Assembly: GCA_030141605.1 (NCBI GenBank)
Contig: JAQGDQ010000954.1
Span: forward strand, 1 to 64,000
DNA from: Tubiluchus corallicola
Taxonomy: Eukaryota > Animalia > Priapulida
DNA length: 64,000 nucleotides
Direction of reading: 5' to 3'
This document shows, piece by piece, positions 38,101 to 50,100 of the stretch (positions within the stretch are counted from its first letter, which is position 1; every line of letters starts with the position of its first letter). A program made the position numbers and the translations under genes. The notes beneath the pieces were generated by a model that ran no database searches, was not told the DNA's origin, and saw only the letters and a program-made list of their open reading frames with translations.

Positions 38101-39748
38101 TATGAAAATAATAATCAAAACTGAGCTCTGAGATTGTAAATATGTTATTTTACTAGTACCAAAACTGAGCTCTGAGATTGTAAATATGTTATTTTACTAG
38201 TACCAAAACTGAGCTCTGAGGTTGTAAATATGTTATTTTACTAGTACCAAAACTGAGCTGTGAGATTGTAAATATGTTATTTTACTAGTACCAAAACTGA
38301 GCTCTGAGGTTGTAAATATGTTATTTTACTAGTACCAAAACTGAGCTGTGAGATTGTAAATATGTTATTTTACTAGTACCAAAACTGAGCTCTGAGATTG
38401 TAAATATGTTATTTTACTAGTACCAAAACTGAGCTCTGAGGTTGTAAATATGTTATTTTACTAGTACCAAAACTGAGCTCTGAGATTGTGAATATGTTAT
38501 TTTACTAGTACCATAACTGAGCTCTGAGGTTGTAAATATGCTGTTTTGCTAGTACCAAAACTGAGCTCTGAGATTGTAAATACATTTGATCGAAGTGCCA
38601 CCCTCTGAAAAGTGATCCTCACCCCCTAGCTATGTCATTGACACAGTCTCCTGTCCTGCCACAGCCATTTGCACTGAGAAGGCCTTGCCGTCTGATGGTT
38701 GATCATAACTTGCAGAGTGTCAAACTTTATAAAAAGTTAGACATGCTAAATAGCCTTGAACACTTTGATAACTCAGTTGTAACAAGTATTAATTGGGCAA
38801 AGTAATGTAAAATTTGCAAAATTGGTAATCATTCATGTGTCAGTACTGCATATAGGTTTAACCTCACTTATGGTGAATGTATATGGTCCATGTAGGGAAT
38901 GTACTGTCAAACGTCCTCATAACATCCCCCTCTTTTATAATGCCAACCTCGCTTACTGCCCAAATTTTTAACAAAACAGAATATCTATTTTTACGTAGAC
39001 ATGTATGTATTAAAGTGCGTTGTTGTGATGCCAAATTCACTATAACTGCAACTTTTTTGTAATTTCAAAGTAGGTAGTATAAAGAGGTTTGACTGTACAT
39101 GCCACATGTGTAAACATAGCATATACTATAAATGTGTTTCTATTTATAGGTTGTGTGGATATTTGGGACCCCAAGGTACTGCGTGCCGGAGCCGGAGCTC
39201 ATTTTCGTGTGCCGATTATAAACAGCGTCGAATGGCGACTTATGAATAATTACATCAATGCAAATTCTTTGGTTTACCTTGCTGACAACTTGGCTAGCAG
39301 TCCTAACAAACTTGAAGACCACATGTTAGCAAATGAGAACGTCAATTTACAAGATAATGGCAATGATGATGTTGTTGATGATGATGACAGTGGCATTGAC
39401 GACGAGCCCGGAGAGTATGAAATCGAGCAAAGCACGGGGCTGATTATAGACAGTTCGTATGACGATGATTTCAAACTTGAAAAGTATTCACATTTGGAAC
39501 TGCCGACATTACCGTATACAGATATCAGCGTAAACGGTCTTCGCGACATCGTCTTAGTTGTCGGTGGTGAAACGCACGGTCTCAGTAACGCAGCTCTAAA
39601 GCTGGCATACGATTATGATGGGTGTAGAGTTAATATTCCTATGACGAAAGGTAGTGACAGTTTAAACGCAGCCATAGCCACAAGTGTAATTGCATTTGAG
39701 ATCAGACGACAGTTCCATGAGCTTCGACAGCAGAATACTGTTGCATAG
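31807..39748 (+). CDS. MRM3: rRNA methyltransferase 3, mitochondrial (SPOUT/TrmH family; whole gene, 471 aa)
   Basis: join(31807-32219,33791-34035,35653-35811,39150-39748) = 1416 nt; Arg-rich N-terminal presequence, [77 protein letters not shown]. Confidence 0.95.
33791..34035 (+). CDS. MRM3: MRM3 exon 2
   Basis: [27 protein letters not shown]...WSDVETPSGIIG. Confidence 0.93.
35078..35435. repeat. (ATT/ATC)n microsatellite
   Basis: Directly visible. Confidence 0.97.
35653..35811 (+). CDS. MRM3: MRM3 exon 3
   Basis: IFHMPD...[27 protein letters not shown]. Confidence 0.95.
36062..36503. mobile_element. Solo LTR-like element, copy A (MRM3 intron 3)
   Basis: TG...CA ends, perfect 5-bp TSD CCATG; colinear with 39815-40176. 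Confidence 0.72.
37122..37663. mobile_element. pogo/Tigger-like MITE
   Basis: TA TSD; 23-bp TIR CAGTCTAG(T/C)CTCGTTATCTCGCC, 22/23 match. Confidence 0.88.
38116..38582. repeat. 44-bp tandem repeat, ~10.5 copies
   Basis: Unit CAAAACTGAGCTCTGAGATTGTAAATATGTTATTTTACTAGTAC. Confidence 0.96.
39150..39748 (+). CDS. MRM3: MRM3 exon 4
   Basis: [19 protein letters not shown]...GGETHGLS...[19 protein letters not shown]. Confidence 0.95.
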
Positions 39749-39814
39749 TGTGTACGTTAATTTTAGTGTGCTTTTAGCATAACTTGTGTTGGGCAATAAT
39801 TTGTAAGTGCAGAT

Positions 39815-40176
39815 TGTGAAAGTCATGTTTAAAGTTGTAGATCACTCACTTTGTAGAACAAGAATAAAAAACTATACTACATATTTGCACAGAAAAGTGT
39901 TTATTAAACTATATACACATAAGTAGAATGACTGCTGCACTAAACACTGAGAGTTAGACAGTGACTAGAAAGTAAAACCAGTCAATATATATAGGTATAG
40001 GTGACTATGCATACTTGTACAGGCTTCACAAAACCATTACTTTAAAATGGGGAGAGATCCAGTGAATATGCATTCACTGGACCGTACAATTATACTGGGG
40101 GTAAGTAGCTAGTAGAGTAACAGGATTAGTTCATAGATGGCAGCACCTAAAAAAATGTACAATTACAACTTCTACA
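39815..40176. mobile_element. Solo LTR-like element, copy B (MRM3 3' region)
   Basis: TG...CA ends, homologous to 36062-36503, flanks CAGAT/TGGAT. Confidence 0.68.
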
Positions 40177-41986
40177 TGGATGATAACATATAAAAAGTTC
40201 CACAGTTAAAACAAGGAAAAAGAATAGCATTGAAACCACAGCCTTACCATCATTTCACCCAAAAAAAAAGGAAAAAGGATGAAAAATCACGTAAGGACAC
40301 CCATCTTTTTTCCTTTTTTGTCCTGTGACAATAAACCAGCAATGATTGTTGGAAACACTGGGCTTTATGTTGCTCTAACTGTGGACTTTTTCATTATTAT
40401 CACTACTCTTGCCATTAAAGGCTAAATACAGTGTACTTAGCGAAGTTTCATTTTTACACAAAAATAGAAAGAAAATGCGTTAAGATTCATGAGCAAAACC
40501 CAACAAATTTTTTTGCAAAAAAGCAATTTCTAAGCCTCATTTCATTAGGTGAAATTTAATGAAATTATTGTCAACGATTAGCTGTTTTAATTAAAGAAAA
40601 CTTGTTTTTATATTGAATAAACGTAAAATTGCATTACGTTACATTATGTTACATTAACATTAAAAATTTAATTTGAGTTATTATTGCATGTAGGTGACAA
40701 TGTCCACATTCAGAATATGAAATGTCCACATATGTTTAAGAAATGAATGCATACAGCATAGATCATGGAATCAGCAATGTAAAATAACACTAGTCATTTT
40801 AACTTGAGAATCAATTACTACAACAGCTATAGCCTAGTCACGTAAACGTGTAAATAAAAACAGCATGTTGTTTGTCAATGATTGTTGGTGTTTGTTATGT
40901 GTATTGCCATTAACTGCTATTTCTCCATACAGATATAGCTATACCATTTTCATTACTGCCACATTACTCTGACAATATGCAATCTTGGATGCTAGCTGTA
41001 GTAAAAAAAGTGGCACAGAATTTTCCAGACTTTTTTGAGGTTGATCAAGATATTTACAAGCTCTGAGCCCATTATTGAAATAATAGTATGTATAATAATA
41101 GCTTGTGTAGCAGCAGCTTTCAACTCTGCAAAATGCATGATGCCCTAGGCCATCCTGCTCAATACTATTGTAAACATTTTCAGGCTAGTAGGTGTGTAGC
41201 TTTCTTTTACTTGTAACCTCTAGTTGGTGGTATATGTGTTTTGACTAACGAGACAAGTTTTGTAAAACATTTAAGGTTGTAAATCAAGTCTCCTGTAATT
41301 GAGCTGAGTTCAAGTTTTCATGCAAATGCTTGTCACTCTTTTTCAGCTTTGTTACTTCTTTGAATGTGCCCGTTTGGTCATGATAATAAATTTTCACCCC
41401 AAACAGGTTTTGTTGTCTTCTAATAATTCAACCTGTCAGACTATACACCAAACTGAAGGGTTGTTGTAGAGAAACGGAGTCAACAGATTACAATAATGCC
41501 ATTGTTACTAAAAATTGTCATTAATTATCCTGTTATTGTGAATCTCATTGTTCAGAAATTATACTAAGAACAAAACTTAGTATCTGATCCACTATTAAAA
41601 AATGCCTTCATTTTGAATAAGATAACTAGTATTCTGTTTTCATGTAATAATATTTTTATGCTACAATATGATAATGCTGCAGTATGTAACAGTCATTCGA
41701 TGCTGTGAATTGAGTTGAATAGTGACAACATTAAAATATTATTGTAATAGAATAAAGCTTTGTAAGCAAAAACAAACTTCCTGTGCCTAATTCTTTAGCA
41801 CTTATATAACTTGGGAGCTCTGAGGTGTGCTTGAAATAACACATTCTGTCGTTTCTGTTAATCTGGAGCTTGGAGTGTTAATGACAAACGGGTCAGAAGC
41901 TAAGCTTTTTAGTTCAATGACCCTGCTACTTTTTTGCTTCTGGTGTTACCATTTTGTACGTTCGTGAAAATAATTACTGATTAGAG

Positions 41987-42055
41987 CCAATGAACTGCTC
42001 TGAGGCATCCTTAATGGGATCACATCGATATTTCAAATGTCGTTAGACCTCCAAT
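41987..42055 (+). promoter_or_regulatory. Two CCAAT boxes upstream of TTC17
   Basis: AGCCAATG (CCAAT at 41987) and CCAATCAG at 42051. Confidence 0.4.
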
Positions 42056-42149
42056 CAGCAGGTTTTGAGGCTTGTAATAGCCTATGGCTATGCAAGATGC
42101 AATGTTTGCTAACAGATGGCAGCAGGATCTAGAAAATGCCCTAGGAAAC

Positions 42150-42266
42150 ATGGCGAAGTTAGAAACAGTGTTTACATTAATTTTGTTGAATTTATTATGG
42201 AAATTTACAGTTTTGAATGCGTATACCCATTGGATAGTAACGGAAGAGGGACTCGTAAAAGCCCAG
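42150..42266 (+). CDS. TTC17: TTC17 exon 1 (signal peptide)
   Basis: aaacATGGCG; MAKLETVFTLILLNLLWKFTVLNAYTHWIVTEEGLVKAQ|gtatcc; in-frame upstream ATG at 42084. Confidence 0.88.
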
Positions 42267-42553
42267 GTATCCGAATTCTACAATTGCTTTAAAATTTTGT
42301 ATAAGACTGAGGCTTAAGCTTTGTTTTTAAAACTGAAATTCCTAGGCCATAGGCCTAGTTATATTGGTGTCACATTCGTGAATGAAAGTTGTTTGGATTT
42401 CTTGTTAGTAAAGAATTGTGCCATATTTTGTGGTTAAAGTGGAACATTACTTAAGAATAGTATTTTTTACGTTGTTGAATGTGTTATTTTTTTAATTTAG
42501 TGGGTCAATTAAATTGTTCTCGGCTTATAATGAAGAATTCGCCAAGGATACTG

Positions 42554-42601
<48 letters not shown>

Positions 42602-44068
42602 GATGGGTGTACTTTTATGTGTTTTTTAGTTTGGTATCAGGCCTTACTGCTTTTTTTGAAGAGTGTGATTGACAATTAATTTGTCGTCAGCGCTAACGAC
42701 TAGGTTAAGTTTTTATGGGCTCATCAGTTGTTTGCGATTTTTGTATAGACAGTCCGGACACTGTATTTTTGGTTGCCATAGTTTTCGGCAAGAAACACAG
42801 TGCTCTTGAAATTTCATGATTATGTTACATAAAATTTGAAATTTTCTATTTTTCGACAGCTCGATTCCGATCTGAACTTACAACGACCTTATGACCTGAT
42901 GGGCTTCATACAACAGGAACAGAGGATCGACTCTATCAGCCAGATGCGAGAAGCATTGTTTAATCAAAAAGTCTTAATAGATTCAACAGAGGATAAAGAA
43001 ACTGATCTAGAATCAAAATTTTATAAAACTGATAAAGACTGCATAGCAGCAGGGAAACCTCTGACGCAGTTTGATCTGTATATAAGCACTATGTTGCCTT
43101 TGGAAAACAAGGGCTTCAGGTATGTAATGTATATAATATATATTATTCATTTTTACTGGTTAATGTCTGTAGCATTTGAAGTTTTATTCTTGTATGAGAA
43201 TGAGATGAATTCTTACTCCAAATACATGGAACTGCAAATATGGTACAATACAAATTATTTAATAAAATGCAACCATGTATGGCAGGGGTGTGCAAATTAT
43301 CTGACTAGCCGGGCCACATTAAACTTTCCCGCAATTCCTGCGGTCCACAGACAGTTTAATCAGGGAGCCAAGTACAGAAAAGGCCTAATAACGATTTTTT
43401 TGCATCCGACCTGCGTACATCATTACTACTATACTCAAGAAACTATTTTAGAAGTTACTAAAATTTATATTACAAACCATATATTTCTACTTTCAGGACA
43501 GATAGTGGTAATTTCATTACAATGCATATTAGTAATGTGTATCACACAGTCTGTGTAGTACAGTGACATTAACCTACAACCGTCTTGTAAGGGTTAATGG
43601 CATCCGATCTAGTAGAAAAACTACCTGCACTATCTTTGGGATCGTGGCACGGACTTTACCTGGATACACTCAATTAATCGCCCGGGTCGCACTTTCATTA
43701 GGTCGACAAATCTCTTCGCGGGCCGCACAAATTCTCTCGGCGGGCCGCAAGTGGCCCACGGGCCTCAATTTGCACACCCCTGATGTATGGTATCTTGGTG
43801 TAACAAGTTAGAATAGGCTCATTTATAGTTTTATTATAGGCTTACAGAAGTTTGCTGCATTTTATTGATTTGAGTCAACCCTTTCTTGTGTATTGAGTTC
43901 ATAAGCAATTTTGCTTCTTTAGTTTGTATTCCCAATTACCTGTGATAACCGAGTTTCCGGAGGAGCTCATTGAACCAGATTGTATCTCCGTGATTGACCT
44001 GCCCTTCAGCATGCACGCATGGGAACATCTTCCTGTAAGTGACTGAGATTTGTCATGATTGTTTGACT

Positions 44069-44121
<53 letters not shown>

Positions 44122-47100
44122 TCTCCCTCTCTCCCTCTCTCCCTCTCTCCCTCTCTCTCTGTCTATTTTTTGCGAAACAGCATGCTTGGTTAGTAAAAGT
44201 CAACCAGTAGTTCTACATCTTGTGTTTTTTAGAGTATGTCCGAGCGGAAAAATCTCACACACATACCGGAAATAGAGCTGAAAGCAACCATGTTAGAAGA
44301 AGTGGACATTTTACAGTGGGGCCATCAGGTTTATGAAGGCATGAAAAAGGTAAGTTTTCACCAACCGATGTTTATTTTATGCAGTATTAGCATATTTGAC
44401 AAGATCGCATTAAGAAGAAGAAGAAGAAAAAGATAATGACAAAGAACAAAGAATGATCTGATGGAGTGAAGTGATAGATGGTCATGGCATCTATGTTTAC
44501 AAAACTTCACCACACAAGGAGAGCTGATGGCTCGCGCTGTGCTCAGCTGTGACAAGATACTCAGTTGGCTTCACTAGGTCATACGAAGCCGACCAGAAGG
44601 TCCTGTTCGAGTGATGTACTGCTCTCCAGAACACTGTCATAATTGAAATTCTATCATTGCTTAAAAATACTTAGTTAAATTATTATGTGTCATACAGTGG
44701 ATATTTTTATATCTGTGGGCAGCTGCCATTTTGTCTTGTTCAATGCAACAGAGACACTGCTTCACTTTCCAACGTTTTTTAACAGAGAAATAAGTTTTGC
44801 AAACTAAATTTTGAAATAAGTTTTTTTGCCGTTGTTGTTTTTGTTGAGATATTTACGTTCTGCGATCAGACTGATCGAGTTCCGCAGCAATTCTATTTTT
44901 CAAGCCAAACCTTGCACACATTTTTTGTGTTATTTCCTTTAATTGCTGTTTACTAATGAGTCAAATGCGCAACTACATTTAACAATAGAGTTCTGTGAGC
45001 TTTGTTACTTGAATTTGTACTTTTTTGTGTTATACAGAGTAATACATCCTGGTTGCTATTTAACCTTGCTGCTGTATATTGGAGAGTAAAGGGGGAAGCA
45101 TTTCAAGCAGTGGAGTGCCTCAGACGAGCTCTACACTTCTCTCCCAGGTACTTGTGTCATTATTACGTTCCGACGCATTGTGATGATTTGCCTAACTGTC
45201 AAAGAAAGGCATCACAGTTGTGATTTGTCAATTAGTTTCCATCGTGGCATCGTACATATTCTTAACAACTAAGCTGAGAGCTGGTTCAGTAATACATCAG
45301 GAAGAAAACCAAGTTTTGGAGTAAGCTGTGCAGATCACTGAACTTCTCAATGACTTATAATGGTTGTTATGTTTTGAAGTAATCCCAAAAAGTTTTATTT
45401 TAAACTCAACATTACAGAAAAAGTCAAATACGTGGCGATTTCTTCGCTTCCAACGAGTAGACTAAAAAACGTGCTCAGCTCTAATTGGCTGACCTACTAA
45501 ATGCGTATAACGAAGCCGAGTTTTACAGGCAATTCTAAATAAGTACAACTTTAGATTAAAGGGCAAGCAGAGAGAAACCTTCCGAACATACTGGTTAATT
45601 ATTTTTGTCAAGATCGTGAACCTATTTATTTGACTCGAAAGTGCGCCTTACAAAAAATGGTTTTTATTCAAAGTAAAAATAATATACCATTTATCAAAAT
45701 AAAGATGCGTTGAGGCGAAACGCGGATTTTTCTAAAGTACGTATTATGGGTTCTGCGCTATTTCCTTAACGTGTGCCATCTCTGCCGTTGTGATATAATA
45801 TTTGCGAAAAATTATTGAACAACAATCTCAATTAATCCAAATAAGCTAGGCATTAAATTTAGCTGCTTTTTTTAATCACAGTTATATTGTATGTGAAAAC
45901 TGTGCACAGATTGTTTAAACAAAACTGTACAAGTGTGTATGAAGCTACAAGCATACCGGTACCAGGTTTACCACATCAGAGCTCCAGTTCTGGTGTTAAC
46001 TGCATCACCATTTCATCTCCATTCCATAACCATGGTTTTATTACTCCATATTGTAAATGCAACTACATCATTCCATTTCCATGTCCCATCATTCCATACC
46101 GTTCCATCCGTTATTCCATTCCACCAAGTTTTGACAGCTCACTTGAGGAACGAACCTCTTCACTTCGCCCGTGATACAGTAGCTACTGCTTCCCCCCGTG
46201 TTACTTCAGTGTAGCTTGTTTGACTCCATCCACCAACTTGCTGGGGGTCTCACCGATACAAGTCTAGATTAGGTTCCGTTTTCCATGGGCCATATTAGCA
46301 AGCCGTTTCTACTCCATTTATGTCATTTGAGGAAGTTTTACAATAGCATAAATGGCCCATGAAGCATCTCTAAAGCTTTTCTGAAGCAGATATTTTCCAA
46401 TAATGACCTTCCATTAGTTTCTTGCAAGCCTTTTCAGTTGCAATGCCGCATTGAAGATAGTTATAACTATTGAATAAGCGATATCGAAAACTATCCTTCA
46501 AAAAATTATTTAAGGATTCATTCAAGGAAAATGCCGTAAATGGTGCATCGCAAGGAAGTTTCTCTGTCCTAACTTATTTAACTGCCTTGATGAATTTCAC
46601 GTTTTTGTATTGTTATTGTTATTATTATTACCCGTTGTTGTTTAGTATCTAAACAATAAAATAGCTTTTTTATTAATGCAAATATTTTTAAAGAATTTAA
46701 CGTGAGGTTTTGTCAGTTAGGTAAATGTATCCTGTAAAAGACTTGAAACTTACAGTGTTTGTTTACAGGGAGCACAAAGACATGGCCTTAGTTAGCTTGG
46801 CAAACATTTTACATCGAGCTCAGCATTCCGAAGATGCTCTTTTGGTGCTTCAGATGTCTTTGGAGATTTCACCAAATTTGAATGTTAACCATTTTACACT
46901 GGGAAATACTTATGCTGTGAGTAGTGCAAGTCTTTTATACAAACCCTTAACTAGACCTGCTTGTTTTTCTGTCGCTACTCATAGGCTTACTCTGCTTATA
47001 AATTTGGTATTTTTTCATGGACTTCTTTTCTGTGGAATTCTCTACCAGAATATTGTTTCCTTGAACACCACAACCCAATTTAATCCATGAAAAACTTTAA

Positions 47101-50100
47101 CAGGTCTGTTTTATCATTAGAAAAGTGGTGATATGCAGTCTATTTCTCTACATATCTATGTACATATTTTTGTATCTTCATGTTGTTGCTGTAGCTCCTT
47201 ACCTAAAGAGGCAATTGGCCTAGCTTAGGGCAGTTTATATTAAAATAACATTAATTTTTACAAAGTTGAGGCCAACAAATGTATTTTTCAACTGGAATGA
47301 GCTAGTTGTTCGATATTTTGGTCTTGTTATGGCAGTTTCTATTGCATGCAGAAAGCAGCGTGGTATTTCGCTTGCTACTTTTGATGCCATGCATAATTTT
47401 GGTAGCAAGACCCGTCGTATCCCTAATTCAAGTTTGCAGTTCTTCTTGCCCTCCCAAGACGGTTACTGCAACCGTGACATACTATAATGCTAAATTTTGT
47501 GCGACTCTTAGAGTTAACGTATAGAATAACTCTTGTCTTCAATTAACTCCTAGTTCCTGCATCAGTTAGCACGTAAAACGAAATAAATCTGTAGTTTGCT
47601 ATTCTGTATTTTTGTTTTAGGTTTTGGGTGACTACAACAGTTCTGTTTCACATTTTGAAAGTTTTGCGTACACGCTGAGCACGGTGTCGGACTTTGCCGA
47701 GGCAGGAAAGCGCAAGCATGCTGTACTCTGTCACAGCAAGCTCGAGGAGGCTCTTGAAGAGCAACATAGGTTTGGGCATTTTTTTAAATAAACTTAGCTA
47801 CATCAGTTGTTTACATATTTTTTAGCTATACTCTGCTATTATTATATTGACATTAGTGGAATATAAGTGGCTTTGGTTATATTAAGGGTTATAAATTACA
47901 TACTGTTTGTGACTTTTTAGATCATATTTTTTTAAAGGAAAAGCCAAGTCTTCTGGAGAGTTCAGTGTTCGGGAAAAATTATATTAGAAGGATTTGCTAA
48001 AATGTGGCAAACGCTTCATATAATTAGTAAATTCGCTATAAAGTAGTGATCATTTCACCCTTGGGCGCTCCTATTTTGAATATCCGTTCTTCCACGAATG
48101 ACGTAGTTTGTCGGCTGAAGAAAACTGGCGCACAGACAGTTTCTATCAAAAGTCTAATAAGTTTTTACGAAAAATTAGACAGCAGATTTTGTGGTGTTTT
48201 TGCATGAACATTAGGTAAGCTTCAGAAGTTTGAATTAGTTTAAGTGGCGCGCATTTATGGAAAGCCGCGATACGCTTACGAAAAATGCAGTGTCTTAATT
48301 ACGTTTATTATACTATTGTTGTTGGCATCCTTCTGTCTCGGAAGACAATGGAGTGTGTGTCAAGAGAGTCAGTTATTGATCACATTGATGGAGCTGCAGC
48401 GTCGACTGTGGCTGAGCAGTCCGATCCTTGAACGTCTCCAGGGCGCACGCCTAGGCAAGGTGTATGGAGATCCTCAGTTGCCCAGACAACAGGAACCCCC
48501 TCTCTTCCTCGCTGGTGTAGTCCAAAGGAAAGCGGAGCGATACGTTTGGCACCAGGTCGGCTGCAGGAGCTGCCGGAGTCAGTGAGCATGCTGCACTAGT
48601 CCGCCTTCGGGGCTCCACTCCTGATTTGAAAGGTTTACTCCTCTATACATGGCCGTTGGGTCACTTAACCGCCTCCACCCTCTAGCCGTTGGCTGCTTGT
48701 GCAGCTCCTCAGCCTAGTGTCGAGATACAGTGTGGGCATCCCGCAAGCCTACAGCACCTGGTATTCCTAGGCGGTCACCCATCCAAGTACTAACCAGGCT
48801 CTACGTTGCTTTGGTCGTAGTCATTTGGTGTGTCTATGACACTAATTTGTTTTGTGAATTGGTAGTTTCCTCTAAGACTAGTATAACATATCAACATAGC
48901 TCATAAAATAACAAGACGTCTCACAAGCTTGAGATGTAATTAGAATAGATCAGCACCGTTTAATAATTACGAATGTTTTGTTTTTGGCAGGTCACTTCAG
49001 CGCACGCTTGCGCAGCTGCGCGATTATCAAATACAACACGAGAAACTTGTCAGAGCGCAAAACAAGCTGATCGCTGTAAAAGAGAAACCGGATCGTGCGT
49101 TCAAGAAACATCTGTTTTACGAGAAGGCCAGGCAAGCTGCTCTGCTGGAAGAACAAAGTAAGATTTAATAAAGGAAATGTTTTCGACGTAACGTGCTAGT
49201 TACACATAGCATGCTGTGGTACACTGAACGAGTTGTAAATATGTTACCGTGTCATTGTTAAAAAGTTCAGTATTCATAATCTGTTGGTTACATATAGCAT
49301 GCTGTGGTACACTGAACAGTTGTAAATATGTTACCGTGCCATTGTTATAAAGTTCAGTATTCGTAATCTGTTGGTTACATATAGCATGCTGTGGTACACT
49401 GAACAGTTGTAAATATGTTACCGTGCCATTGTTATAAAGTTCGGTATTCGTAATCTGTTGGTTACATATAGCATGCTGTGGTACACTGAACGAGTTGTAA
49501 ATATGTTACCGTGCCATTGTTATAAAGTTCGGTATTCATAATCTGTTGGTTACATATAGCATGCTGTGGTACACTGAACGAGTTGTAAATATGTTACCGT
49601 GCCATTGTTATAAAGTTCGGTATTCATAATCTGTTGGTTACATATAGCATGCTGTGGTACACTGAACGAGTTGTAAATATGTTACTGTGTCATTGTTAAA
49701 AAGTTCAGTATTCGTAATCTGCTAGTTACATATAGCATGCTGTGGTACACTGAACGAGTTGTAAATATGTTACCGTGCCATTGTTATAAAGTTTAGTATT
49801 CATAATCTGTTGGTTACATATAGCATGCTGTGGTACACTGAACAGTTGTAAATATGTTACCGTGCCATTGTTATAAAGTTCGGTATTCATAATCTGTTGG
49901 TTACATATAGCATGCTGTGGTACACTGAACGAGTTGTAAATATGTTACCGTGCCATTGTTATAAAGTTCAGTATTCATAATCTGTTGGTTACATATAGCA
50001 TGCTGTGGTACACTGAACAGTTGTAAATATGTTACCGTGCCATTGTTATAAAGTTCGGTATTCATAATCTGTTGGTTACATATAGCATGCTGTGGTACAC

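Noticed and set aside
42836-43558. 240-aa ORF as a single coding exon
   Set aside because: Only 42860-43119 is TTC17 exon 2; the rest is read-through into the intron and a hAT MITE
48745-48821. Functional 5S rRNA gene
   Set aside because: ~43 nt internal deletion, no oligo-T terminator, fused to a SINE body
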